From the human T2T-CHM13v2.0 reference genome, Homo sapiens: a stretch of DNA of 64,000 nucleotides. The stretch is from assembly GCF_009914755.1 (NCBI RefSeq), contig NC_060936.1; one strand, 5' to 3'. The position numbers and the translations under genes were made by a program. The notes under the pieces are model-generated. The model did not search any database. It saw nothing but the letters and a program-made list of their open reading frames with translations, and was not told where the DNA came from. Of this stretch, positions 16,130 through 35,420 are shown in pieces; position 1 is the first letter of the stretch; every line of letters begins with the position of its first letter.

Positions 16130-17650
16130 GTGTGATACAGACAGAGAGTGAGCACCAGAGTCAGGCAGAGTCTGGTTCAAATCCTGCCTGGGCCACTACC
16201 TGTGATGATCCTGGCAAACATCACTGCATAGAGAAAACATTAGTACCTATGCCTGCGAGGTGTGCTAAGAGAATTAAGGAATTAATTAACCCTCAGCACA
16301 GAGCCAGACACACACATAGTGCCTCCAGAATGCAGAGACAGTACACAGCAGGGCTGAGATTATGGGCTCTGGCCAGACTGATGTGACTGAATTCCTGATT
16401 CAGTCACATAGTGGTGTGACCTTGAGGACATTCACCTAACCTTTCCAGGACTTAATATTGAACCTGCCTTCTGTGAGGCGGTTTGAAGACTAACATGGTA
16501 ACATGAAACTGACACATTTAGAAGAATGCCTGGCATAAGGCAGACACTGAGTGTTAGTTGGTATTATTGCACAGTGCAACCAATGCTATGCTGGCATAAG
16601 CCGACCGCACTACTACGAAATTAGCTTCCTGCTAACCAAGCTTGGTCCACCCAGGAGGGCTCCCTGAGGAGGTGACCTCTAAGGATGAACAAGACTTAGG
16701 TGAAAGTAGAGCAGAATATGAGGAGAAATTGAATATCCAGTCTCAAAATAAAACACGCAGATGTGTAGAGCAATTTTCTAAAAAGTGCATGCAGCATTTA
16801 AACAATGCCATAAAGAAGCTGGCTCAGGAGCTGCTAGGGAAAAAGCACCAGAGTGAAAAAGCTAATACTATAAGCACAAGGACTGCAATGCGAGAAGAAA
16901 GTGAGTGAAAAAGTCTCTGAAATGAAATAAGAAGACAACAGAATTCTTGTGTCCACTGGTAAAGAGGGGGTGGTGTTCTCTACGGTGGACTGTGGAAAGA
17001 GCTTGGGGGTTGGGGGCGGTCTGTAGGTCTTTCCACACTCAGCATACACATGCTCTGGCTGGCACCCAAAGGCCATGCTCACAGGCCTGTCATTATGTGG
17101 CTCTCTGCCCTCTTCAGGGTTGTCTGCTACTCTGGGTGATGGCCTGCTCGGTTTGGACTGATGTTCCTGCAGCTCAGGGACAACAACAAACAGAAGCACC
17201 ACTTGGTACATGTTTGGTCCTCTTGTGTGTAATATGGGATGCTGGCCTGGGTGTCAGAAGACACAGGCTCCTGTCAGAGCTGGGACACTAATTGGTCATG
17301 TTAGCATTAAGAAGGGATTTCACTTCTGGGAGCCTGAATTTCCTTAATACTGGGGACAGCTGTGCTTACTCAGGGGTTATTAGAAGGGTTAAATGAGCTC
17401 AAACATTTTGCATGCCCCAAAGCACTACCCTAATAGGAAATACTGCAACTAGGGAGAAGAGCATGGGGCTTTCTTTGGAGCTAGACAGATCTGGGTCTGG
17501 CTGAGCCTTTTATCAGCTGTGTGACCCTTAACAAAACTACCACTCTCTGAGCCTGTTTCCTAAGTTGTAAAATAGGCCACACTCATGGCTTACTGTGCGG
17601 ATACAATAACTAAATATTATCATGCACATAAAGGCTTAGAATAGCGCATG
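16130..17650 (+). mobile_element. Several MIR remnants (approx. 16130-16320, 16350-16560, 17270-17400, 17455-17650)
   Basis: Repeated TCTGGTTCAAATCCTG / GCTGTGTGACC / TTCC..TGTAAAAT MIR-like motifs; boundaries approximate. Confidence 0.6.
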
Positions 17651-18177
17651 GCAAAAAAAAAAAAGAGCCTACCATATTTTCATGATGACTTTTTTTGCTG
17701 TTAATATGACCACTATGACGCCATATATATTTCTAGGTCTGAACATCAGAATTTCTTAGAATGAGTCTTGTCTTCAAATTAATTCAGCACTGTACCCAAT
17801 TAATTAATACTAACTAATTTACACCCAAGATATCATTATGTGTGAAAGCTCTGGTTTATACCTAGGCCAATTACCACAGTAAGGACAGATCTGATCTCTG
17901 TGCAGGCTTGTTAGCTTTTCTTTGTTCTATGGCTACAGACTGGTACTGTAATACCAACCAGCTTTCTCAAAACTGTATGCAGTGAGTGCAGAGGAAAACA
18001 GACACAAAACACCCAGAGTAGGCATCTCAGTGCAGCAGAGAGTACAAGTTATCCCTACTTCCTCTTTTTTATTTTATTTTCTTAATTTAAATAATGCTGT
18101 GTGTTCCTAACATTTTCTGTTTGGACAACACATTACTATGGCAATGTTTTGTTTTGAAAGGACAAAAATGAAATCAG

Positions 18178-18280
18178 AGGAGCTGTGGTGGCTCAGGCCT
18201 GTTGTCCTGGTGCATAAGGAAGTGAGGCTCGGCGTTCAAGGCCAGCCTGTGCAACATAGAAACCTCTCATCTATATAACC
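18178..18280 (+). mobile_element. Degenerate Alu monomer (FLAM-like)
   Basis: GTGGTGGCTCAGGCCTGT...GTTCAAGGCCAGCCTGTGCAACATAG. Confidence 0.7.
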
Positions 18281-19022
18281 AAAAAAATGACATTCAGTTC
18301 CAAGGGCTCCTACATGAAAAAGTGAATCCATCAGTAAAATCCCATTGTGGTTCTGGAAAAAAACAACTTTAAGCACATGTTCAGAACTACTGTACCATGG
18401 GCATCCTTTTCACATGTGAAAGCCTGGATATGGAAAAAGGACAACTCAAGAGAACAATCCCAACAAGAAAAAAGGAAAACTAAGACACTTGGGTTTCTCT
18501 CACGTGCTAATTTTAAAGTACAATTAGTTAAATAGTTTTATTTTTCAAATACTGCTTTCCAGACACTGCTTCCCTATTTTAGTCACCCATCATCAACTTG
18601 CTACTGGGCTAGGACTAGAGTTACAGCCATAAAAAGGGTTACACCCCCAAAAGACCCTATTTTTCCATTCCTAAGGAAACCAATTCCAAATGGGAAATGA
18701 AGAAAATACATGAGACAGGAGAAAGCTTAAAGATGTGGTAGCAGCTGCAGACCAGTACAGCGTCCTACAGACGCCCACAAAGGCCTGCATGTAGGGCATC
18801 AGGGCATTCCCAAATGAACCATGACGTGCAGAGTGGCACCGAGTTCGGGAAAACCAAGAACCGAGTGTTGGGTTCCGATCTGCCAGGGTTATAATATCCT
18901 CTGGCAAATGGCCCAGATGCAATCTGTACAAAATGGAATTAAGACGAAGCCCTCCCTGCTGAATGCCTGAGAGGAACCAAAACATCACTTCCATTTTTAT
19001 TTCAGGGCAAAAACTATATTAG

Positions 19023-19096
19023 AAAGCATTAAAGCTCTTTTAAAAATTGTCTAGCAGGTTTTCCAGTCTTTGTCAAATGCCTTCCCACCCGCCAAA
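19023..19096 (+). pseudogene. U7 snRNA retropseudogene
   Basis: AGCTCTTTTAAAAATTGTCTAGCAGGTTTTCC resembles U7 (AGCTCTTTTAGAATTTGTCTAG, histone-pairing region plus U7 Sm site). 3' stem degenerate, short A-tail, 14-bp TSD AAAAACTATATTAG at 19009-19022 and 19097-19110. Confidence 0.85.
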
Positions 19097-21627
19097 AAAA
19101 ACTATATTAGGAAAATTTATAATGGAAGCAAAAATGGATTAGATAGGGTATTTTTGTTGATTTCTACAGAAGAATAAACTGATTTGAGAGAAGGGAGAAG
19201 CGTCCTTTAAACTTAAAAATTTGGACTATTCTATAGCTGGAGACAATTAAGACTATCATTTTGCAATATCTTTCCAACTCCCAGACTCTGGAAGGAACAA
19301 TTATGCAATCCCATTGTCCAAATTAGCCATTTTTTGCATTTGTGTTTGATTACTACCCTGCAGATAAGGAACAATGTTGAATCAACATCATTCACTAAAC
19401 TTAAGTTGACTGCTCTTTGTATTATTTAAAGCACTATTATTTTCTTGGAGCTAATATTTCCCCCAAGTAAAATACTTAGGTAGCCACAATCTTAAAACTC
19501 TCTTTGAGAAGATACTGCTGAAGAAAAGAACTCACAGAGCCAAAACTCTGCAAAGCTAGGAGTGAAGTGTAGTTTCTGGGAGTACAATTTACACAACTGC
19601 TGTGTGATAGTATAAAATGCTGTTTCACAAAGTAGTACATGAAAGGTAAACTGTGTCAATATAATTTAATTTTAGGCTGTGTAAAGAAGCCACGTCTAAA
19701 AAATGGGGGAATGTATCTTAAGATTGGTGTTCCCTCTCCTAAAACTGCAAAGTAGCTGTCACTAAATCAATGCCCACAAAATTAACAAATCAATGCTTAA
19801 ATGCTTAGGACTTCATGGATTTATACCATAAGTAATACAAAAAGCAGTTTTTAAAAAATTACTTTTATTCTTTTACAGTTCATTTGATAAACTGGTTCTA
19901 CTGTATTTTTCTATGAAATGTCTATTAAAGGTACTCTTGCTGCTAGGAATCCACTATAGGTATCCATCAAAATCCCCATTACAAAAAATAACAGTCCATT
20001 ATACGTTTACAGCTTCCTTTTGACTCTCGATAGGCATATTATTATCATACCTCCATATTATATGGAAGGCAACTGGGGCTGAGAGCGTTTAAGCGAAGCG
20101 ACCTGCAAATGCTCAGAACTCCTACTCCCAGGATCTCCTTGATATCCTTCTTCTACTAAAACTAGGCCTTGTTATACTATCTACTATTTGTAGCTCATGA
20201 GCTACTACCAATAGCCTAGGCTTGAGAAACTACACAGAGCTTTTCCGTTAAAAAAAAAAAAAAAAAAGGCGGGGGGTGGCGGGGGGTGTTGTCTGAAACC
20301 ATTTGATCTATAATACAGTGTTCTTTTACCTTCAGAAGAGCAAGGTGGAAAATAAGGTATTAAGAAGCAGGTAGGCTAGGAGAAGATCAAACATTTCTTT
20401 AAACTTTCATTTCAACTGCTAAGCTATACAAGCTTCAATTACTCCAATAATAACATGATATAGGGGATATTAAGTGATTAAAGGGTGATTTAAATATCAG
20501 TTCTATACTTAAAGATTTTTTAAAATTAGAAAGATTTATCCCAAAGCATTATTTAATTTACAAAATGTGCACTCCAGCAATGCCAATAAAAGGGCGACAT
20601 TGAGGATTCTGGGAAGATGAGAGAATCTCAGTGGCAGCATTTTTTGGGGGTTTTTCCGAAGTCCCTCCGTAAAAAGACAGAGCTAGCAGAAAACAAAACA
20701 AAACAAAAATCCAGGGACAACATTTACACAAACTAGGTGATATCCCCAAAATTTAAGCAGGTGGGAGCAAACACCAACAGCCACACGACCTGCATGTGAT
20801 CAGCCTCGGGTGTGTGTGGGAAGGGACAGCAAGGGGACACCTGACAGACCTGAGGGCAGCAGGCCGGTGTGAGATCAGCAGCAGAAACTGGGAAGGATTT
20901 TGCCTTTTCCAACAGAAGCTGGGCACATGGGTACTGAATTTAAAAGGTCTGAAGAGGCAGGCACAATCTAGACCCCAGCACTCTCAAAATCACCCACAGC
21001 GGGCTCCCTTCCAGGATGGGCCCACAAAGGAGACACTCCAGGAAATGAAATCGAATTTCAGCAGGATAGCAGTAAGAGGGATAAAAGCATAAGAGAGGCT
21101 ACATAAAAGCCAGGCTAGGAAATATTAGAAAGCAAGGCACCATGTTTCTGAACACTATCTGAATATGTCAGAGAGGGAGTTCTGTGAAATTAGAGCAGCT
21201 ATCTGAACCAAGCCACCATTTAAAAAGCTTGGGAAAATTAAATCCACATAAAAATAAGCAAGAAAAAAAAATCAAGGTTGAACTCCAAAATTACTGTCAG
21301 AAAAAAAGAAAATAAGACACAGAATAAGATCCCTTTAGACAATATAAGACTGCTAAAAAGACATGCTCAAAAGAGATAAAAACTACATTATAGTGATTCA
21401 AAATAAGAAAACAATATATAAAACATTATAAACCAGAACTTGAAAAACTCAAAACAAAGTGACAGACATCAAGAAAAAAATTAGAAATAAATGAAGACAA
21501 ACCAAGAAAGAACACAAGAGCAAATAAACACAACAAATAATGCCCCCAAAAGAAATAAAAGGAAAAGAGCAAAATAATAATAATAATAATAAAGTCTAAA
21601 AAAAAAGAATAAAAAAAAAAGGTTTAG

Positions 21628-21915
21628 GGCCTGGCATGGTGGCTCACACGTGTAATCCCAACACTTTGGAAGGCCAAGGTGGGAGGAATGCTTGAGGCCA
21701 CAAGTTAGAGGCCAGCCTGGACAACATTGTGAGAAACCTCGTCTCTACAAAAAAAATAGAAAATTAGCTGGGCATGGTGGTGAGTGCCTGTGGTTGCAGC
21801 TACTCGGAAGGTTGAGGTGGGAGGATTGCTTGGGCCCAGGAGGTCAAGGCATGATCGTGCCACTGTACTCCAGCCTGGGTGACAGAGCAAGACCTTGTCT
21901 CAAAAAAAGAAAGAA
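21628..21915 (+). mobile_element. AluJ-like
   Basis: GGCCTGGCATGGTGGCTCAC...GGAGGATTGCTTGGGCCCAGGAGGTCAAGGC. Confidence 0.93.
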
Positions 21916-22332
21916 AAGGAGTGGGGGGAGGAAAAGAAAAGAGGTTTGGAGAGAAACTGACAATGACTAAAGAGAAGTAAAGAAGACAAAGCATATGGAT
22001 AACAGGAGCTTCTGATAAAGAAAACCAAAGCAAAGGAACAGGAAAAAAAAAATTAAAAACTGTAATGCAAGAAAAAAAAAAAAGACTGGAAACTATATAT
22101 TGAAAGAGCATATCATGGTATCTAGAGATACCAACTCAGAATGACCAACAATCTTCTAGTAAAATTAACTATATTTGAAGAAAAAAAATCTTATGAACAT
22201 TTAGGCAAAAAGAGCATATGATTTATAAAGGAAAGGAAATTAGATTATAATCTGACTTTGACAGCAACACCTATGCCAAAAGAAAATGGAATAAGGTATT
22301 TAGTTACTCAAGGAAAAACTGTGAGTCAATAA

Positions 22333-22673
<341 letters not shown>

Positions 22674-24332
22674 TAAAAAGATCACAGATAACTTATTATC
22701 AGTATACAAGAACTCAGAGAATATTGTTCCCACTCCTTCTTAAGGAATCCACCCAAGAACAAGCTTCGGATGATCCAAATGCCTGGTGCAAGATTGACAC
22801 AATGATTGATGGAGAGTACTTCAATGTAGTTACTCACAGAACCAAGGGAGGAGAGACTGCTGAATGTAACAGCTATGTGGTCTTGAAAATACAGAATACA
22901 TCATTTTTAAATGGAGGGATAATAGACACAGCATGGGTTTTAAAAAGTTGTTTAGTTTTTCAACTAAAAGTCGTTTAGTTTTTTAACGATTTTCAGTATC
23001 ATGGTATGGTGGTGGTATTAGTATTTTCACTCTGAGACTATTACATGTATAACGTGAAAAGACAAATGAGATAGATCAGGATGTTCTAATTCTTCTTCTG
23101 TATCCCTAAGACCCTGCATTCTCTGTGTGAAAGAAAGGAGATGGAGATGTAATTAATATTAAAGAGGTTAGGTAAATACAGGCATACCTCATTTTATTGC
23201 ACTTCACAGATATTGTGGTGGTGTTTTTGTTTTGTTTTTTTTTTTAAACAAATTGAAGCTTTTTATCAACCCTAAGGCAAGTCTATCTGCACCATTTTTC
23301 CAACAGCGTATGTTCACTGTCTCTGTGTCACATTTTGGCAATTCTTGCAGGATTTCAAACTTTTTTGTTATTACTGTATCTGTTACAGTGATCAGTAATG
23401 TCTGATGTTACTACTGTAATTGTTTCGGGGCACTATGAACTGCACTCATATAAGACAGTGAACTTCATCGATAAACGCTGTGTGTTTTCTCATTGCTCCA
23501 CCACCTGCTCTTCCTGTATTCCTGTCTCTTCCTCTCCTTGGGCCTCCCTATTATCTGAGACATAACAACATTGAAATTAGGCCAATTAATAACCCTAAAT
23601 GACCTTTAAGTGTTTGGGTGAAAGGAAGAGTTGCACATTTCTCACTTTAAATAAAAAATTAGAAATGATTAAGCTTAGTGAGGAAGCCATGTTGAAAGCT
23701 GAAACAGGCCAAAAGCTAAGCGCCTCTTAAGCCAGTTAGCCAAGTTGTGAATGCAAAAGAAAAGTTCAGGAAATTAAAAGTGCTACTCCAGTGAACACAT
23801 GAATGATAAAAAAGCAAAAACAGCCTTGTTTTAGTGGTCTGGATAGAAATACAAACCAGCCACAAGATTCCCTTAAGCCAAAGCCTAATCCAGAGCAAAG
23901 TCCTAACTCTCTTCAATTCCATGGAGGCTGACAGAGGTGAAGAAGCTGCAGAAGAAAAGTTGGAAACTAGCAGAGGTTAGTTCATGAGGTTAACGAAAGA
24001 CGCCATCTCCATTATATAAAAGTACAAGGGAAAGCAGCAAGTGCTGATGGAGAAGCTGCAGCAAGTTATCCGGAAGGTCTGGATAAGATCATTGATGAAG
24101 GTGGCTACACTAAACAACACATTTTCAGTGTAGATGAAACAGCCTTTTACTGAAAGAAGATGCCATCTAGAACTTTCATGGCTAGAGAGGAGAAGTCAAT
24201 GCCTGGCTTCAAAGCTTCAAAAGATGAGCTGCCTGTCTTGTTAGAGGCTCACGCAGCTGGTGACTTTAAGTTGACGCCAATGCTCATTTACCGCACCAAA
24301 AATCCTAGGGCCCTTAAGAATTATGCTAAATC

Positions 24333-24485
24333 ATTAGGAGATATACCTAATGCTAAATGATGAGTTAATGGGTGCAGCACACCAGCATGGCACATGTATA
24401 CATATGTAACTAACCTGCACATTGTGCACATGTACCCTAAAACTTAAAGTATAATAATAATAAAATAAAAAATAAATAAATAAAT
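24333..24485 (+). mobile_element. Young L1PA 3' terminus (153 bp) nested in Tigger1
   Basis: GGAGATATACCTAATGCTAAATGATGAGTTAATGGGTGCAGCACACC...CTTAAAGTATAATAA; perfect 14-bp TSD AATTATGCTAAATC (24319-24332, 24486-24499). Confidence 0.95.
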
Positions 24486-24857
24486 AATTATGCTAAATCT
24501 ACTCTATGTTCTAGAAATGGAAAAACAAAGCATGAATGACAGCACATCTGTTTACTGCATGGTTTACTGAATATTTTAAGCCCACCATTGAGAACCACCG
24601 ATCAGGAAAAAAAAAGATTCCTTACAAAATATTACTGCTCACCAACAATGCACCTTATCACCCAAGACCTCTGATGAAAATGTACAAGGAGATTAACGTT
24701 GTTTTCACCTGCTAACATCAATTCTGCAGCCCTTGGAACAAGGAATCATTTTGACTTTCAAATCTTATTATTTAAGAAATACATTTCATAAGGCTACAGC
24801 TACCACTGATAGTGATTCCCCTGATGGATCTGGGCAAAGTGAATTAAAAACCTTCTG

Positions 24858-25171
<314 letters not shown>

Positions 25172-27067
25172 TTAGGTGACATTAAGAAAATTCATGATTC
25201 GTGGAAGGAGTTCTAAATATCAACATTTGAGGAGTTCAAGACTTTGGTGGAAGAAGTAACTGTAGATATGGTGGAAATAGAGAACTAGAGAATAAAAAGT
25301 GGAGCCTCAAGATGTGAGTGAATTGCTGCAATCTCATGATAAAACTTGAACAGATGAGGAGTTGTTCCTTATGGATAAGCAAAGAAAATGGTCTCTTGAG
25401 ATGGAATGTACTCCTGGTAACGACGCTGTGAACACTGTTGAAATGACAACAAAACATTTAGAATATTACTTACATAAACTTAGTTGATAAGGCAGCAAAA
25501 GGGTTTGAGAGGACTGACTCCAATTTTGAAAGAAGTTCTATGGCAGGTAAAATGCTATCAAACAGCATCACATGCTACAGAGAAAGCTTTTGTGAGAGGC
25601 CAAGTCAATCAGTATGACAAACTTTATTGTCGTGGTCTCATCCAGCCCAACCTTCAGCAACCACCACCCTCATCAGTCAGCAGCCATCAACACTGAGGGG
25701 AAACCCTCCACAGCAAAAAGATTACACTCTCTTTGGTAATACAGTATTTTTAAATGTATATATATATATACATAATGCTACTGCATACTTAATAGATATA
25801 ATTTTCCCTTAAAATAAACCAGGACTTCCGAAAGAAATGGCTTGGGCAGGGATGTCCAAAGTGAGCCTGAAACACCTCAACATATCACATAGCAAGGAAT
25901 CTATCTATCAAAGACTCAAAGACTATGATGGTCATTTCAAAAGGACTCAGAAATCTTGAAGAGGTTTCAATGGGAAAAGGCGAGAAAGTCGGCTTTGAGA
26001 TAAGAATTATAATGGATTGAACCCATCAAATATGTTCAAATCCATGACTTCAAAATGAAAGGAACGGGGAAAAAAAAACCCTAATTTGTCACCTTCTGAG
26101 GATGACAGAGAATCAATTCATTATCTTGAGAACTAGGTAAATAAAAGGAAAGAATCAAGCACTTATCCTGCTTTCCTAAATGAACTATACTATTTGGTAA
26201 CTAAATAGTAAGTAAGTGAGGACATTATCTTATAAAATTTTACCAGCTAAAAATTGAAAACAAAATGACAGAATTTACTGTCACCATATTGCAACCCCTA
26301 GTGAATGACTGGATATAGGCACAGAATACACAAATGGAAAAAGGATGAAACCCAGACACTGTGACATCATGTGCTTCCTAGCGTATGGAAGAACATAATG
26401 CGAACAATATAGTCTAGCCAAAAGGACAGAACCTGAATCTGACCGCACTTCAGGTTCCAGCTGCCAATTTGCAGGAAATTCAGAGGACAGAGGAGCAAGT
26501 TGAACTGCAACATGAGGGTACAATCAGCAAAATCCAGATGGTTGAAAAGCACAGGTCAAAGGTCAGGGCTTCCGAATAGATAAATTGTAGGGAAAAGAAA
26601 ATGATGAAGGAGGAATCTTTAGATTAAGACTTAAAAGACTACATATCAAGTTTTTAAAACTGGCAAGACCAATCTAGAGTCTAGAGGTATACACCTGAGT
26701 GATTACCACTACAAAGAAAGGCAAGGAAATGAGTATTACAAAAGTCAGGAGAGTGGTTACTTTGAGAGGGAGGAGGGATGTTGTGACTGGGATGGGGCAC
26801 ATGGAGAAGTCTGAGGAGGTTGGGAAAGTTCTACTTTTTGACATGGAAGGTGGTTTCATGGTGTTCGCTATGTCATAAATCACTTAACTCCCTGAGTCTG
26901 CTTTTTCACTTAACTATTTGGTGTGTTTTTCTGTTTTATAATACACACTATTTTTTTTAAAAGGATAACGTGACCAGTAATGCTAGAGACAGGGAGAGCC
27001 AGAGATGGATCAAACCTGCTTCTTCAAAAGAGGTTCAGACTCTCCGTTTAAGATTCTGGCATCAGAG

Positions 27068-27421
<354 letters not shown>

Positions 27422-28293
27422 TTAAAATGATCAATTTAGCAAGGCACATTAAACAGAACAATTCCCTTTCACAGCAGCGTATTTCCTTAATATGCTTTAG
27501 CTGCCAAAATTATGAGATCACAGGAGGAGACATTCCCAGCCAAAAGCCCATGAGGAAAAGCGGGTAAATGTTTAAATGACACAGTTCAGGAATTAATTTG
27601 TATTTATGTAAAATAATTTTAATTAATAAAGCTTTCCAAACAATGTTTCAGTCCACAGCCAATAGAGAGGAAAATAAAAGTAGCATGGTTCTCGAATGCT
27701 GACACGTGCGAGACTACCTGACATGTGCGAGACTGCTTACAAATTAATTAGAGACCATCTTCCCTTATTTCAGGGGCAGCAAGTACTCCCATTTGTGTTT
27801 ATGCCTAACCTTTTCAGCCTACTTTGGGCTAGCATTAAAAACTGATCCAAACCAATAATCACATTTTAAAGTTAAAAATCATAACTAAGGACAAGAAATC
27901 ATATTAAAAAGTATTCCAAAGCCTTGTTTCACACATAACCTACTTTTGGAAACTAAAGGAGGGAATGTAAAGTACTTAATTCACCTTTCACGTTTTTTGT
28001 TTGTATATCTTTATGAAAAGGACTTTCTTAACCAGGGTCCACTGGACAGAACACAGTTCTGCCATTAGCTTGGAAACAAGCAATTGCAAAAACTCTTTTA
28101 CCACCTGTGACATATCCCATTTTATCTGCATAACTTTGGCATCTTACGTCACTGTCTTGTACAGTCTGTGCCAGCAGTTTCAGTTTTTTCTCTCCTTTTG
28201 GGGCGAGGGGAAATTCATGTGGTCAAATGGCATTACAGAATTACTGAAAAGTCACTTTACTTTCCCTAAAATCTTCCAACAGAGAACATGTCA

Positions 28294-28671
<378 letters not shown>

Positions 28672-28761
28672 TTATCTGTAATTAAACTTAAACGTAGTAA
28701 ATTATTGTAAAATCCAACAGACAGTCAAAACTGCTATAACGTTCTGCTTTTCAAGCCTCTA

Positions 28762-29046
<285 letters not shown>

Positions 29047-29416
29047 TCATTTATTACCTCCACCCAAAACTCTCAATTTTCTAGATATGACATCGTATAG
29101 TCAATATCAACTTTCACTTCTAGAAAAAGCCACTACCAAGGACATGCGATCAAATTACAAGAATCCAAATCCCTAGAACCAAAAAGATGTAACCAACTGC
29201 ACTAGCAGACATAGCAAAAGAGAATATGAAAGTCTTTTTGCCAAAATACAATTCTAAATAGCCAAATTGTAAATTAAAAGGATGTTCCATGGCTTAAAAA
29301 AAAAAAAAAAAAAACCCTAAACCTTGGTATTATTCAAAATGTTAATACAATAAGACAATATCCTCCAATATATAAATTACCAGTTCTGGAAATGAATGGC
29401 ACTATTAAAATGTAAA

Positions 29417-29770
<354 letters not shown>

Positions 29771-30289
29771 TTAGCTATCATTAGGGCCTAAAGAGCCTAC
29801 TACATTGTAATGTCTCAGTCTCTCTGCTATCCTCAATCAACAGAAATGCCAGCCAGACAATCTAGTTAACACCAACTTAGACCTCACCCATTAGCCAGTT
29901 CCACATCTGATTAAGAATAAAATGCTTAATGTTGGTCATAAATAGCTACCACAATTTGCTCATGTCACACATTTGAATCTAGCAAACCAACCAGGGTTAT
30001 CAGACCAATTTTGTGTCAACTAAGACAACTGCTATTGTTAACAATGGGTATATGAAAGTGGTTTCCTTTTTAAAATAGCTTAATGCCAGTCCACGCTGAA
30101 GCTGTGTATGCTTTAAGAGCAGGTGCACAGAAAGGAACCACTGCAATGTATGGCTTAATCTATTTTTTGTTGTTTTTGCTCTTATATGGCAAATCATCCC
30201 AACACTGGAGCAGGCTTCTTAGCAATTTTTCAAGAACAGAAATTTCTATGATTTCTCCAATTTGACTTGACTGTGCAAATCTCCAGGAA

Positions 30290-31295
30290 AGCAGAACGTT
30301 AACGTGTAAAGACCACAGGCTCTGGAATAAGACAGGTAAGGGTTCAAATCCAGGCTCTACTGATTAAACAGGTGACTTTAGACAAGTCATGTAATCTCTC
30401 TAAGCTTCACCTCATTCGTCATCTGTAAAATAGTTAACAATGATACTTATTAACTCCCACAATTACCGTAAGGATTAAATGAGAGAACACTTTTAGATAA
30501 ATCACAATTCAGTATTACAATTATCTGTAAAATAAGTAAAAAAATTAACCACAGTATCTGGAATAAAATATCCAATAAAAGCTGTCACATTATTAGTTCT
30601 TCTAGTACAATAATTTACTCCATCATTAAGAATTAACAAATATGTGTTGTGAACTTTTATGGACCAGACATTGTGCTGAGTGCTGGAGATACAGACGTGA
30701 ACAAGGCAGTCCTGTCCTGGCTAAATGTGGAGCCCAGTGAGAGGAGAGAGACATTTAAACAGCCAATTATGGTGCCACATAGGAACAGAGAAGGAAGACA
30801 TTCAAGCAGGTTTGTGGGGTCACAGTCTCTGGAGAGGTTTTCTTCTGGGAAAGGTAAGTTCTAAGTTGAGGCCTGAATATGGCCCTGTTTACAGACCTAA
30901 GGCCTAGGTTTCTTCACATTCCTCCACTTTCCCTTGCAACCCAGTTTGGATCTTCCAAAACGCATCACCAAAAAAGGACTTCAAAAAAGGAAATTCCAAT
31001 GAACACCATATCATATAGAATCTGGGTGTCACAGGAAGGAGCCACACAGTTCATTTACAGGCAGCGAAGTATAAATGGTTGAGAACCAGACTGCCCAGAG
31101 TGTAGTCATGGTTCTGCCATCTTCTAGCTGTGAAGTCCTAGCCAAATTACTCCATCCCTCAACCTCGGTTCCTCATCTATAAAACTAGAATGTTTAACAG
31201 TTTATTCCTTAAGAGCTGATGTGAGGACTAAATGAGACAATCAAGGTAAAGAACTTGGTTCTGCCCCAGCACTTGAAGTACTCAATAAACATTAC
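30290..31295. mobile_element. MIR (30290-30590, 31070-31295) and L2 (approx. 30630-30880) remnants
   Basis: GGGTTCAAATCCAGGCTCTAC, CATCTGTAAAAT, and L2-like TAACAAATATGTGTTG...CCAGACATTGTGCTGAGTGCTGGAGATACAG. Confidence 0.65.
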
Positions 31296-31564
31296 CCGAA
31301 ATTTAACAAATGCTGGAATCTACCACATTTCTGATGGTGTCTCTCCTTAAAGAACGACCAGCTACTAGGTCTAAGCCACGTGGTTTTGCTTATCTTATTG
31401 CATTCTCACAAAAATCATGCAGGTAAGATGGAGATTTCACTTGCATCCTTGAGTTACTACCCCAGGTAATATTGTTGCTTAAGCTGATGGTACTGGGATC
31501 ACAGGCATTCATCCTATTTTACATAATTATTAAACTATAGATACAGTAACTCTTTTGAATGTGT

Positions 31565-31741
31565 GCTCTCTTTCTCCTTCCTTTCTTTCTCTCTCTCTCT
31601 TGTTCTTGTCTCACGTTGCCTAGGCTGGAATGCTGTGGCCATTCACAGGCACAATCATAGCTCACTCCTGGCCTCAAGAGATCCTCCTGCCTCAGCCTCC
31701 TACATAGCTGGAACTATAGGTGTGTGCCACCATGCGTGGCT
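31565..31741 (-). mobile_element. Old Alu monomer/fragment with (CT)-rich tail
   Basis: GTTGCCTAGGCTGG...CTCCTGGCCTCAAGAGATCCTCCTGCCTCAGCCTCC. Confidence 0.8.
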
Positions 31742-31799
31742 TGAATGTGTGATATTTCATAACTTAAAACATCCTAAGGCTGGAAGGCCAGAATGAAGT

Positions 31800-35420
<3,621 letters not shown>

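Noticed and set aside
18832-18848. AGTGGCACCGAGTTCGG resembles the 3' end of the SpCas9 tracrRNA/sgRNA scaffold
   Set aside because: Only 13 exact bases, no remaining scaffold, repeat-spacer array or cas gene; compatible with chance in a primate intron.
27700-27737. 19-bp tandem duplication CTGACA(C/T)GTGCGAGACT(A/G)C
   Set aside because: Ordinary two-copy slippage duplication with no further structure.
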